Shown piece by piece: positions 33,938 to 46,170 of a stretch of DNA of 64,000 bases. Numbering within the stretch: the stretch's first letter is position 1; each line of letters starts with the position of its first letter. The position numbers and the translations under genes were made by a program. Under the pieces are notes generated by a model. The model saw only the letters and a program-made list of their open reading frames with translations. It was not told the origin of the DNA and searched no databases. This stretch comes from Guillardia theta CCMP2712 (Eukaryota; Protista; Cryptophyta). The stretch is from contig NW_005434512.1 of assembly GCF_000315625.1 (NCBI RefSeq), positions 45,952 to 109,951 on the forward strand. Direction: 5' to 3'.

Positions 33938-35330
33938 TGAAGCGAGGGTGAGAATGAGGGCGAGGACGAGGTGGTTGTGGTGCCTGGGGGGGAGCGGCAT
34001 CTCTCTCTTTCTTTTTCAGCTCGCTGCGATAATGTCAATCTCCCCTCCCCTCCTCTCCTCTCCTCTCCTCTCCGCTCCGCTCCCCTCCCCTCCCCTCCGC
34101 TCCCCTCCCTCCCCTCCCCTCCCCTCCCCTCCCCTCCCCTCCCCTCCCCTCCCCTCCTCTCCTCTCCTCTCCGCTTCCCTCCCCTCCTCTCCTCTCCTCT
34201 CCTCTCCTCTCCTCTCATGTCCTCTCACCTCACTCGCTTCATCGCTCTCGTAATCATCGCTTTAACTTCTTTGATCACGTAACCCTCCACCAGCTCCTGC
34301 ATCAACGCTTCTGCGACGCGCTCGTCCTCCACTCTTCGCGTCGCCTCCTCACGCGCTGGTTCCTCGCTGAGCTTCTGCCATGAGATTCAGATCGACCTGC
34401 AGGAGAGGAGGCCGAGCCGCAGACATGGGCAACGAGGATGAGAGGGAAGCCCAACTTTCTACAAGGAGAGAGAGGGAGCAAAGGGAACGGGAGACGGGAG
34501 GAGGCGAAGGGGAATGAGCACGGCGATCAAAGAACGCACTATCAGACCTTCTCCGGAGGTTTGTCCATCACCCACAATCCTTCCAACTCCTCCTCTCCGT
34601 TGGCTTGCGTGAGTTTTCCTTCCCCATGTCGGAGCCCACGTAACCACATCCCAGTGTACAAGTCACCGTTAACAAATTGTTTCTTTCCTCTACCATGGAT
34701 CTCGTCCTCCTTGAACTCTCCTTCATACACCCCGCCGTCCTCGAAGAACAGCCTTCCCTGCCCGCTCTTCTTCCCCTTCACCCATCCTCCCTCATACTTG
34801 GCTCCATTCTTGTACGAGTAGACACCAAAGCCATGGGCTCGATCCTCCTTCCAGGCTCCTTCATAAGCATCTCCATTGATGTAGGAGCATCGTCCCTTCC
34901 CACTTGCCCGGTCGTCTCGCCATTCACCTTGGTATACGTTGCCGCTCTTGAAAGTGTACCTCCCGCGACCATGCTTCTTGTTATCCTCCCAGCCCCCATC
35001 GTACTTGTCTCCGTTTCCGTAACAGCACGTCCCTCTCCCGTGTCGTTTGTCCTTACTCCATTCTCCATCATAGCTGACACCAGACGCACAGAGGTACCGT
35101 CCTCGTCCATGCTTCTCTCCCCCCTCCCATTCTCCTTCGTACATGTCGCCATTGCTCAGCACCACCCGTTCTACTTGCGACGAACCTTTTCCCGATGGTC
35201 TTGAAGCTCCTCTCTCAGATGCATCAGGAATTCGCTCCTTCAAATATCCTCCTCCTCCTCCTCCTCCTCCTCCTCCTCCTCCTCCTCCTCCTCCTCCTCC
35301 ACTACTGCCGCCACCAATCTCATCCGGCAT
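32836..35330 (-). CDS. MORN-repeat protein with a low-complexity C-terminal region, multi-exon
   Basis: ORF 34542-35330 has ~8 YEGEW/YDGGW..HGRG repeats and a poly-Gly N-terminus. Downstream exons are inferred to a TAA near 32836. Confidence 0.85.
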
Positions 35331-35439
35331 GCCGTTGGCCTGACGGTTTCAAAACCGTTATGCTGTTAGGCCGGGGGCCCGGCGGGGATATTCACTAGTG
35401 CACACTGTGACTCAGGCTGAGGGAAACGCCCCGCTGCTG

Positions 35440-35732
35440 AAATTAAAAGATTGTTGAAATTAAAAGGTTGTTGAGGTACGAGTGAAGAAATTAAAAGGTT
35501 GTTGAGGTACGAGTGAAGAAATTAAAAGGTTGTTGAGGTACGAGTGAAGAAATTAAAAGGTTGTTGAGGTACGAGTGAAGAAATTAAAAGGTTGTTGAGG
35601 TACGAGTGAAGAAATTAAAAGGTTGTTGAGGTACGAGTGAAGAAATTAAAAGGTTGTTGAGGTACGAGTGAAGAAATTAAAAGGTTGTTGAGGTACGAGT
35701 GAAGAAATTAAAAGGTTGTTGAGATACGAGTG
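35440..35732. repeat. 31-bp minisatellite x9 (GAAATTAAAAGGTTGTTGAGGTACGAGTGAA)
   Basis: Head-to-tail units with period 31 and no spacers. Confidence 0.95.
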
Positions 35733-36248
35733 TCAATTCGGTACCAACACTACCTCTATAACTCGGTCCTAGCAGGGGTCATATACGCTGGTAGTAACGT
35801 AGGGCTGTACCGGCTAGGACACTTTACTTGTGCCGTGCCCTGCCACAAAAGTACCCCCGCAGTTGAGGCTGATTGAAGGGGCGATGGACCGGTGGTAGCC
35901 GGCAGATACCGGGGCGCCTCGAATAAGCGTGATTTCGATCAGACAAGGCACTGGTGCACAGGCTGCTCAGGGGGTGGGGTGGTTGTGTTGACTTTCTGAG
36001 TGGGGTATCAACTGACGATCCCTTCCACCCCCCCCACCCCCATCTTTCCCCAGGCTCTAGGTGCTCCCCCCCACAAAAGTTAATGGGCCCACCCCTACCC
36101 CTGATGAAGTACCTTGTCACTACCCCACCCTCGTCGTCTGCTGCATATCTCCCTATCCCTGACAAGGCCCCTATTTAAGCGTGAGCACACCTCATCGTGG
36201 ACAAGAAGAAATGGCTGCGAGGCCGGAGAATCAGGTTGAGAGGCGATC

Positions 36249-36658
36249 GCCTCGCCTTGTCTCCGCATAGAAGCCTCGCCTTGTCTCCGCATAGAAGCCT
36301 CGCCTTGTCTCCGCATAGAAGCCTCGCCTTGTCTCCGCATAGAAGCCTCGCCTTGTCTCCGCATAGAAGCCTCGCCTTGTCTCCGCATAGAAGCCTCGCC
36401 TTGTCTCCGTCTAGAAGCCTCGCCTTGTCTCCGCATAGAAGCCTCGCCTTGTCTCCGCATAGAAGCCTCGCCTTGTCTCCGCATAGAAGCCTCGCCTTGT
36501 CTCCGTCTAGAAGCCTCGCCTTGTCTCCGCATAGAAGCCTCGCCTTGTCTCCGCATAGAAGCCTCGCCTTGTCTCCGCATAGAAGCCTCGCCTTGTCTCC
36601 GCATAGAAGCCTCGCCTTGTCTCCGCATAGAAGCCTCGCCTTGTCTCCGCATAGAAGC
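36249..36658. repeat. 24-bp minisatellite x17 (GCCTCGCCTTGTCTCCGCATAGAA)
   Basis: Head-to-tail units; two variant units (GTCTAG) lie 96 bp apart. Confidence 0.95.
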
Positions 36659-36708
36659 ACCTAGCACGACTACAACACAGGTGAGAGCAGGGACCAGACT
36701 CGCTCAAC

Positions 36709-39700
36709 ATGCAGGGGGCAGTTGTCTCATCTGTGCTCAAGAAGCGAAGACAGCAGAAGGGGAGGAAAGTCGAGGAGGAAGAGATCGAGCATCTGATTAA
36801 ACATCCGATCGACACGTTGGTAGATGACATCCAAGAGGTGGAAGGAGTCCTCAGGGACACGGAGATACAGAAGCTGTTTGGGCTCAGAAGCAGAACGGAC
36901 CCCATTGTTCGCAGGGAGATCCAGATCGACGGGCTTCTGAAGAAGGTGCGGGAGAAGCTATCTCGCTCCTCCTCTTACGTCAGGCTCTTCGGAACATCGC
37001 TCTTCTTCCTCGTCTACGTCTCCTTCCTCTTCCTGCAACGAGACATCGAGTCGTCTTACTACGTTGAAAGCTCCGTCATCGACCTGGTAGGGAGCAACCT
37101 TCCAATGCTGGGCAACGGAGGATACATGAACTCAGGGCTGGGCTCGACGGGGTTTCTGAGCACCTCAGAAGATTTCTACTCCTGGTAGGTTCCCACCCCC
37201 TCCTCCTCGCTGACGGAGCAGTGCAGGTTCCGCGGGATAGCCCAGGTAGTCTTCAGCGACCCCGTGTGCGGTGACGGGAAGTGTGACGAACCGGACGAGT
37301 ACCCGGGATTCGGGAGGTTCGGATGCATCAAAGACTGCGGCAAGTACAAGAACGTGACTTCGCTAACAATCACGCTAGAGGACGTGGTGAAGCGAAGCAG
37401 CAGCGAGCTTGGAATCTCTCTTAAGAACTCAGAGCTGGAGCAGGATACGTCGCGAGTGCGATTCTTCTACAACATCTACAGCGAGACGATGGGAGACTTT
37501 CTCTTCGAAGATGACGTCAACGCTACCCAGATGACCTTCGAGGCGCCGGACGGCGAGCTGACGCTGGTGCTGTATCAGGACTCCTCTACTGAGGGGCTGG
37601 TGGAGAATCAAGCGGTTTCTTCGCTGTTTGGAATCACGCCAAGGTGAAGAGGTTCAGCCATGTACGCTGAGCAAGCTGAGAATGTTCACAGCTCCTTCTC
37701 ACGTCTGCAACCACGGAAGACAGCCATTGAATACGGAAACCTGCGAGAGATGCTGAAGAACGCGGTGTATGGCGAGAATGCGCTGAAGACTTTGTGTCGT
37801 TCGCCTCTGGAATCTCAGGTTGCATTCTGCAACACGTTCAACCCACAAGGTAGGAAGATGAAGAAGTCGGAGGAAGATGAAGAAGTCCGAGGAAGGTGAA
37901 GAAGTCGGAGGGTTCTGACGATCTGATGGGCAGACATGGGCTACCTCTTCACCTCCAAGTACGGGGTCAGCGGCAGAATTGATCTCAAAGACTCCGTGAC
38001 GGGCGTGCTGGAGACACTAGTAGAGGTAAGCTTTCAACTGATTCCACCGATAGTAAATCTCGCACAGGTAGGGTACTGTAGCATTCTGCCCAATGTCAGC
38101 GGAAGTCCGTACGTGCCAGCCAACAAGGCGACCATCGTTCAGTCTGGGTCCAGCTGTGAAAAGTCTTCCAGCGTTCGACGCTCTCGAGTACGCGAGGCCC
38201 CAAGGAGTTCTCATCCCCTCAACCCACTGCCACCAGCTCTTCCTCCCGAGGGTACTGCCAAGCAAGTCGCCCTGGACAAGACTGCAACTGCTCGCCAACA
38301 TCCGCTTGTGTCCTCGTCCTCGGACACAAGCGCTCAGAGCAAGGATGTGCACACCAGTCGCGAAGTTGCTAGGAAGCAGCTCCAAGGTCCAGAGGCCAAG
38401 TCTGGCAAGATGTCGTTGAGGTATGCCACTAACTGCCCCAACCATGGTCAGACCCTCTCAAGCCCCTCTGGCTTCGTCATCTCGGGCGAAACTTCATACT
38501 ACTCTACATATACTAGATGCAACTGGATCCTTGCTCCGCCTGTCAACGGCAGTTTGACTGTGACGTTCCAAAAGTTCGACGTGTACCAGTACAGGTATTA
38601 TTCTAATCCGTGCTACTACGACAAGGTGTCTGTCTACTCGTGTTCGACTATCACTTGCTCGTCGAAAAAGTTGCTCGCGGTGTTGTGCGGGACGCTGGAT
38701 CAGATCAATGCGCAGGTGACATCACCCACCAGCATCATGCGGATTGAATTCTGGACCTCCTACTACTACAGGAACAGGAAAGGCTTCTGCCTTACATGGG
38801 GCTCGGCGGTCGCATGCCCTGAGCACCCTGAAACCCCCGTCCTGAAGCCCGTCGCTTACACGCTGAGACCTCTGTACAACAAGTACGTCTACGGGACTTC
38901 TGTCGCGGAGGTGGAGGTGTTGAGCGCCTCAAACATCACCTACATGCGTTACGCTCTCTCTACCGAACGACAGCAGACCCCAACTTGTGACTGCGCCGAC
39001 TGGCAAGACGCTGCTACTTGTCCAAACGCTGTCCAGCATGGCTCTAAGATCCAGCTCTTCTTAGAGGGCAAGACGTATCAGTGGTACTTGCGAGTCAGAG
39101 TGATCGCCTGCAGCAAGTACTCGGACTTCCAGTTGGCGAGCTCGTACACCTACTACTATAGCTACTTCATAGGACCTCCCGATGTCAGCTTGTCTTTCCG
39201 TCTTAAAGTGTTAGAACCCTCAGCTGGGAGCTCCACGCCCAGCAACAGCTCAGCTATCTTGTTGAACAACTCGACGTCTCCTGCCAACTCCTCGTCGCAA
39301 AACTCCTCCAACAGCTCGTCTGTCTTGCGCTCTCTGTGCGGGAACTTCTCCGTCGAACAAGTTTGGAGGAAGATCGTGGGGGAGAAGCTCAACATGTCTC
39401 GCGATCTTCCTCACCCGACCTTCTTTAACGTGACCCGTCAAGACCCCACGGTCTACGTGTCAAGCAAAGTGATCGCCGTATCCCAAAGCCACGTGGCCGC
39501 CATCGTCAACCTTCTGCTGGACCATCGGCAGCAGATGCAGCAGGAACTTGTTCGCGCCTGTCCGTTCGTGAGTATCGAGCAAGAGATGGCGATCACCACT
39601 GGCTGGCTCTACAGCAAGGGCCCGCGAGGTGAGAGCACTAGAGTCTTGTCAGTGATTGACCTGCGGCATCAGGTGGGGTGTGTGAGTCGCACTACGACTG

Positions 39701-42700
39701 CCAGGATCAAGGACTCTTTTGCACCAAGCCCAGCTCGTCGAGCTCGGAGAAGGGGACCTGCGAAATCTGCAGCTTCTGCAAGGTTGACGCCAGGGACGCC
39801 ATCGACGGTCGTTGCCCTTTCCTACTGTGCCCCACCTCGGGCAACTTTCCCGCTTGCATGGACGCGCAGCGGCTGACAGCGAGCGCCACGTGCCCGAGCG
39901 ACTACAAGTTCAGCGTGTGGGAGTATCGGAATGCGAGCGAGGGCCCGCCTAAGATCGTTCCTCCCTTCGAGCCCAAGAACCGCGAGATCACTCCCTACAA
40001 CAGAATCGTCGGCGCCATCGTGATCTCACAGAGAAGGATGAAACCGACGTCCTGTGCTCAGAGCGTGAACAAGCATGTCCAAAAGTACATGCAGTCAGTG
40101 GAAGGAATCGTGAGCTGCCCCTCCTCCACCCTCGACGACACGCCGTATGGGTACGATCCTTCCTTCATGTCCTTCAGCAACATGTACAACCCGAAGCTCT
40201 ACCCCGAGAAGTTCTACGCTCCCCTTGAGAGGCATGTGATCGAGTCGGATGGAGAGAAAGAGCTCTCCTTTCCCATCGGCTTCTTTCCGCAGAAGTACGA
40301 CACCAACTTCTTCGACAAGGACATGGACGGCTTCATCTCTGAAGAAGAGGCCGCGCGCAACCTCACCGGCTTCAAGGGAGCCTACAAGGACCCCAAGTAC
40401 ATCATGCCGTCTGAGGGAGACACGTTCAAGCTCTACTTTGACGAGCGGCTCACGCAGATGCTGGCGCAGAGCATGATTCAGTTCGCGGAAGACGGCTCCT
40501 TCATCGACTCGCAGACAGAGGAAGTGCGAGTGCAGTTTCTGACCTACAACGCTCCTAAGAACATCTTCGCTCTTCACGAGTTCATTTTCAACTGGCAGAA
40601 GACAGGAAGGATCCCCTGGGACTACAAGGTCAACTCCTTCTCCGTTGACTTCTTCGCTGGTCCCAAGGCCGTGATGCAGATCTTCTTGTTCGTCCTCTTG
40701 GTCACGTTTCTCCTCATCAACAGCTACATGGAGGTCACGGAGCTGCTCGCCGAGATCCGCAAGTACAACCTGACAGGTTACCTGTCGCATCCTTTCAACT
40801 GGATCGACTGGACGCACTTCGCCTTCATGTGGGGGACTATCATCACCTGCCTCCTCCACTACTTCGACTGCCGCCAGTTCTACATGAATTCCAACTACCC
40901 CGTCCTCTTCTACGGGCCCGAGTACAGCATGGCAGGGCAGCGCAAGGGCATCACAACGGTGCAGACGGGAAAGAGCTTCGAGGTTCCTCTGCTCAAGTCC
41001 GGCAACGCCAAGGCACGGCACTTCCGGACGGACAACCAGGCGGAGATAGACCTGCTGAACCTGCTGGAGCAGGCGAGGACGGTCTCGGGGTCGATGAACC
41101 TCTACTCCTTCTTTGCAGGAGTCAGCGTCGTGCTCTTCGTGCTGCGCATGCTCAAGTCTCTTGACTTCCAAGAGCGCATGGGCCTCGTGACTCGCACCAT
41201 CGCACGCGCGTCCAGCGACCTCTGGCACTTCATGCTGCTGTTTGCTGTCGTGTTCTACGGCTACTCCGTGGTTGGTCACATGCTGTTCGGTCATCAGTAC
41301 GAGGTGAGAAAAGGAGGTAGAAAAGGCTGAGGGAGGGAGGAGACGGAGAAGCTGGGTAGGAGGAGCTGACTAAGTTGGACGGGACAGGGGATGAAGGACA
41401 TGTCGACGGCATCTCTCACGCTCCTCATCTTCCTGCTCAGTCTTGACACGACTCAGTTCTACGCGTCGGTGAGCGAGCAGAGGATCTGTGAGATGTGAGC
41501 GAAGCTGACATGCAGCCGTAGATGTCGCATGCAGCTCCTGACGGCGCCTTTCACATCTTTCTGTGGTCGTATCTGTTCATCGCCTTCTTCATCCTGCTCA
41601 ACGTGTTCCTCGCCATCTTGGTGGACGCGTACGCCAAGGTCAAGGAGGAGACGGAGGGCACGACTGGGCTGGTGGAGGACCTGCTGGAGACTCTCTGGCA
41701 TGGGCTGAGGAAGGCGATAAGGATGCAGCAGTTCGTGTCGAACCAGAAGCTGGAGGAGGCGCTGGTGAAGGAGCGCGAGACGTTGACGTCCAAGGAGAGC
41801 CAGCGTCGCGTGCTCGAACGAGACCTCGAGGAGGAGAAGCTGATCCTGCTGCCCGGGGGCGTCTCCCTCGACACCCACGAAGTTGCCGTGCTCGCTCGAC
41901 GAGCGTTGGGGAGAGAGGCAGGCAAGGTTCATGCGGAAGAGGCGGGGGAGGAGGCCGACCTCATGTTGCAAGAAGACGAGATCGTCGCGTCGGCAGACCT
42001 GATGAACCGCTATGGCATGGAGCCGTCGGAGATCTCTGAGAGGAGGAAGGCCGAACTCTTGGAACTGCATGACCTAGATGGGATCCGACGGCAGATCGGG
42101 ACGCAGATCGGGCAGGTCAAACTCCTCAGCAGCCAGCAGCGGCTTCTCAACCTCTTATCGAGCATCGCCAAGGAGCTCGCGCCCTCGGCGTTTGAAAAGC
42201 AGGAGCAGCTGGATAAGCAGCCGACTGACAAGCCGCCGGCTGCGACCTCAGAGACCATCTTGAGGGTGACGCTGGTGCAAGCGACCAACCTGCCGAGGAT
42301 GGACCTGATCTCGGGCTGTGACCCCTACTGCGTGCTCTTCGTCAACGCGTGCTCGGGGCTGTCGACGTTTGCGTCGGAGGTGAAAAACAAGAACGTGAAC
42401 CCTGTGTGGGATCAGAAGTTCGAGTGGAAGATGACCAGGCAGACCAAGGTGCTCAGCGTCACTCTGTGGGACAAGGACGATGTGAGCCCTCCTGGAGAGC
42501 TGCTGGAGCTTGCAGGTTAATCTGACGGGTTTTAAACTCAGGTGACGAGCGACGATCTGGTGGGGTCAGTGCAGGTGGACCTGCAGCAGCTGCCGGACGG
42601 CGAAGAGCATGAACTTACGCTGCCGCTGCACAACCAGAAGCTCTTCAAGAAGCTGCGTGAGACCCGCCTCGTGCTGAGAGTCCTCAAGCAGACCGAAGCC

Positions 42701-42914
42701 GAGTTGCTCGAGGTAGGCCAAGGAAGCGTCTTGTCCTTGAACCTCACGGCTGTGACAGCAGGAGAAGTCCATGATGGAGAAGCAGGAGGAGAAGCAGGAG
42801 GAGAAGCAGGAGGAGGAGACGTCGGCGCACGTCCATCAGATAGAAGAACTCAAGGAACTGGACGAGCTGGACGAGCTGGATGAGCTACTGCAGGATGAAG
42901 TCAAAACTCTGTGA
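36709..42914 (+). CDS. Polycystin-2/TRPP-like cation channel with CUB, EF-hand-like and C-terminal C2 domains, multi-exon
   Basis: TM1 (LFGTSLFFLVYVSFLFLQ). PKD-channel motifs FIDSQTEEVRVQFLTYN, YLSHPFNWID, LRMLKSLDFQERMGLVTRTI, GHMLFG and FILLNVFLAILVDAY. CUB at 38434-38800; C2 (LRVTLVQATNLPRMDLISGCDPYC...WDKD) at 42256-42690. Confidence 0.85.
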
Positions 42915-43220
42915 AGGACTGAAAGAACCTGCAAAACCGAAGGCACCGCTCCACGAACAGGCTGAGAGGCTTTAGTGGTGGAGGAGAGCTGGGCGATAGC
43001 TGAGATGATAGTACATAACGATACACGGCAGCTTCTCCTATCGACCACAGGAGGGGCAGGGTGGGTCGGTGACTGAGAAGCTGACAGTCTTTGCAAGGCA
43101 AAGAGGTCACGTCTCCCTGACCTCTGCGAACGAGCGTCAACGGCAGCTGGTCATCCGTCAGCTCTCATGAGGGTCGAACTCATCGGGAGTTCGACTTGCT
43201 TCCAGGCATTCACAAGGCTG

Positions 43221-43292
43221 AAGTGACTTGAAGGAGGGGGAGGGTAGCAGGTGTCTCAAGTGACTTGAAGGAGGGGGAGGGTAGCAGGTGTC
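43221..43292. repeat. Tandem duplication of a 35-bp unit (AAGTGACTTGAAGGAGGGGGAGGGTAGCAGGTGTC)
   Basis: Two identical copies, period 37. Confidence 0.9.
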
Positions 43293-43983
43293 CTGCCTCC
43301 TCTCTCGCGTGTGATCGTTTTCTCGTCATCTCTTTGCCTTCATGCTTGAGATCTCTTCTCTTCCCTCATCTTGTAAAGGTTTAAATTTCTCGTTCCCACC
43401 ACCCTCTTGCCGTTGAAGCTCCCTTCTAGATCTCGCGGCCTCATGCACGTTCACTAGTAGGGGCTCCTCCTCGCTTACTCGCAGCTTGTCAGGCACCTCC
43501 TGCCTCGTCCGCTCCGTGCGCTTCACGGCATTCCATGTCGCTTCCTTCTCTCACCCTCGTCTGCCTCCGACGGCCTTGATCAAGTGTTGCCTTACTCACG
43601 TTGCCTCTCGCCAGCAGGGGGCAGGACAAAGTTTCAAGTTTCAAGTTCAAATTTCAAGTTTCATCACAACTCATCGGTACAACCTTCTGTGCTTCAAACA
43701 GCCTCGACGAAAGATGGAACGGCAGCTAGATCATTCATGAGTTTTACTCGCATCATAGGATCAGGTAGAAAGTGCCTCAAGCAGAAGAATGCAGGAACCA
43801 GCAAAACCTTACCGTGTTCCTGTGTCCAGCCTCCCTCCGTCCGCTGCCCCAGGCGGACCCCCGGGCAACGCCGGCTCCTTGTCGGCGGCTGCCCTTTCTC
43901 CGTCCGCGGCCGCCCGCTTTGTGGCGGCAGCGGACGTCTCGACTGACAGTGGTCAGTCGGCTGCCTCCGGGTATCGCGTCTAA

Positions 43984-44231
43984 GGGATTTTCTTCCTCCT
44001 GCATGCTCCTGCTGCTTGTTGCTTGATTGCTTGACCCTTAGGCTGCTTGTCTGCGCGGCTTCGCGCTTGGGCTGGCGGTGCCGCGTCTGGGTGCCAGCAG
44101 TGCTGGTTCTTTTCGGGCTTGTGTTTTGTGTGTGATTGTGCAGCTTCTCGCTGTGCGCTGTGTGCCTGGAGGTTTAGCTTGTTCCTGCTTTGTTTTGCTT
44201 GAGGCACTTTTTACCCTCTGCCAGTAAATCC
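43984..44231 (+). mobile_element. Reference copy of the element's 3' UTR and terminus
   Basis: Follows the ORF stop (...SGQSAASGYRV*, 43983). The same ORF-to-UTR order is seen at 54999-55683. All copies diverge immediately after GTAAATCC. Confidence 0.75.
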
Positions 44232-45615
44232 ACTATTACTCACGCACACATCAAACAGCAATAACACAAGGCAGCAGCGGCCCCTAGTGCTGCTTCCCCC
44301 TCCTCCCCGGACTCCTCATCGTCCAGCTCGGATGATGACTACAGCAAACTGTTTCGGCCTGATCCCCCTGTAGTTTCCGAGTCTCAGGCTGCAGGCGCTG
44401 ACTCTCCGCCGTCTCTCTCTGGAGGCGCTGCGAGTGCATCAGCTGGGGTTGCCCTGCCTGAAGATGCTCCGCCTGACGCTGCTGATGCTGACTCTGATTC
44501 TGCTCCGCATGTGCCCCCGGTTCTCCCTACGGCCCCTCCGATTGGCCGCAGGGCTTGCAGTGGTTGATCGCCTCGTCGGTGAGACTGCAGAGCTTTCGCT
44601 GGCTTGCCTTGTGTCTTTGCTGCGATTCATCGATCGGTATGATCCCTCCTCGTCCAGCATTTATAGGATTTACTGGCAGAGGGTAAAAAGTGCCTCAAGC
44701 AAAACAAAGCAGGAACAAGCTGAACCGGCAGGCACACAGTCCACAGCGAGAAGCGGCACAAGCACACACAAAACACAAGCCCGAAAAGAACCAGCACTGC
44801 TGGCACCCAGACGCGGCAGCGCCAGCCCAAGCGCGAAGCCGCGCAGACAAGCAGCCTAAGGGTCAAGCAATCAAGCAACAAGCAGCAGGAGCATGCAGGA
44901 GGAATAACATCCCTTAGACGCGATACCCGGAGGCAGCCGACTGACCACTGTCAGTCGAGACGTCCGCTGCCGCTATCAGCCCCTTGTCCTTCTAGCATCT
45001 CCCTGCTTTACTGCTTCCCGTACCAACCTCTGCAAATGGTAACCAAGGACTCGCTTATCAAGCGCCAGTGCAGACGTTTCTTAGGAAAGAAGCAGGTGAA
45101 GGGGGCGGCACCGCCGCCCCAAGGACAGCAGCAAGCAGCAGCAAGCAGCAGCAACTTCGGCGGTTATCTCGGAACCTGCAGCTGCCGTTCCCTCAACAGC
45201 TGCAGTGAAGGAGTCGGAGCAACCACAAAGGCGGCGACGGCGGCGACGGCGGCGGCAGCAGCAGCAGCAGAGACAGCCTCAGCCACCGCCACAGCAGCGA
45301 CCACAACCAAGAGGGCCGAGGCACCAGCAGCCCGCGTCTCAGGGGGAGCGGGCCTGTTACTTCGCCGCGACCTCTCCTGTCTCTCACCTCTGCGTACGAG
45401 CGCCAAAGACAGTTGTCGATTCGCCAGTTCTCCGCGGGTGACCTTCATCGGGTTGTACGGACGCTGCTAAGCTCAGGCAACTACAAGGCTGACACTCTTG
45501 CTGATCTTCTTGCTGAGGCACAAGCGAAGTTCCCTGCTGGTCCATCGCCTGCCTTTGGAAGTGCTTCCGCGGCTCATCTCACCCAGCAGGCGCTTGCGGC
45601 CCTTCGGAGCAGGAT

Positions 45616-46170
45616 CTGACTGACATCCTCGACACCACAAGCCTGATCCAGGCGATGAAGCGCTACAGCTCCTTTGCGGCGGGGACCGATGACCAAGGGT
45701 GGAGGATTCGGCAACACCTGTCTCTCCTCTCTGATCAGCCAGACCTTCTGATTCCTGCCCTGTCGGCCATTCGTCGAGGAGGCAGATTTATTCCCCTCTC
45801 CAAGGGAGCTGATAAACCTGGTTTGCGGCCAATTGTCATCGGTTCCGCGCACCGTCGACTCGCGACGAAGCTTGCTTTGGCGGGGATTCGCTCATTTCTT
45901 GACCAGCACTTCCTCTTGTCCCACCCTCGAGCGATTCAGTTCGGACTGGATCGAGACGGCTGTCTGAAGTTCTCGCAAACCGCGTCCGCGCTCCTGCCTG
46001 TTCATACTCGCGGTGATGATGAAGATGTCGCGAACCCCACAGTGCTTGAGGCACTTCTTACCTTCTGGGAGTAAAACTCAGTTGTCTGACAGTGCTGGTG
46101 AGTTTGGATGCAAAGAACGCCTTCAAATCCCTCGACTGCCAAGCTCTCTTCGACTCCATCGAGGGAAGGG
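45616..46170 (+). pseudogene. Reverse transcriptase fragment (motifs ~0-3), disrupted
   Basis: GGRFIPLSKGADKPGLRPIVIGSAHRRLATKLAL...AIQFG...NPTV|LVSLDAKNAF, frameshifted by an insert at 46047-46096. A deleted second copy lies at ~51185-51625. Confidence 0.85.

Noticed and set aside
35440-35732. CRISPR array (31-bp repeats; likewise the 32-bp and 24-bp arrays)
   Set aside because: Units are head-to-tail with no unique spacers, there are no cas genes, and the context is eukaryotic.
36095-36667. MRRQGEAS / LALSPHRS repeat proteins
   Set aside because: The 24-bp minisatellite is open in several frames and shows no synonymous variation pattern.
40095-41294. 399-aa antisense ORF (also 56963-57889 and 61950-63371)
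   Set aside because: Shadow ORFs opposite GC3-rich real genes, with no recognisable motifs.
43000-43600. Possible minus-strand gene truncated by the retrotransposon cluster
   Set aside because: Only short ORFs (e.g. 43326-43526); no consistent spliced frame or motif could be built.
44666-44700. U1 snRNA or spliced-leader gene as the repeated unit (TTACTGGCAG loosely resembles the U1 5' end; CRE/SLACS target SL genes)
   Set aside because: Similarity is ~10 nt with a gap, no downstream U1 structure is recognisable, and the sequence is contiguous with the element's ORF end.
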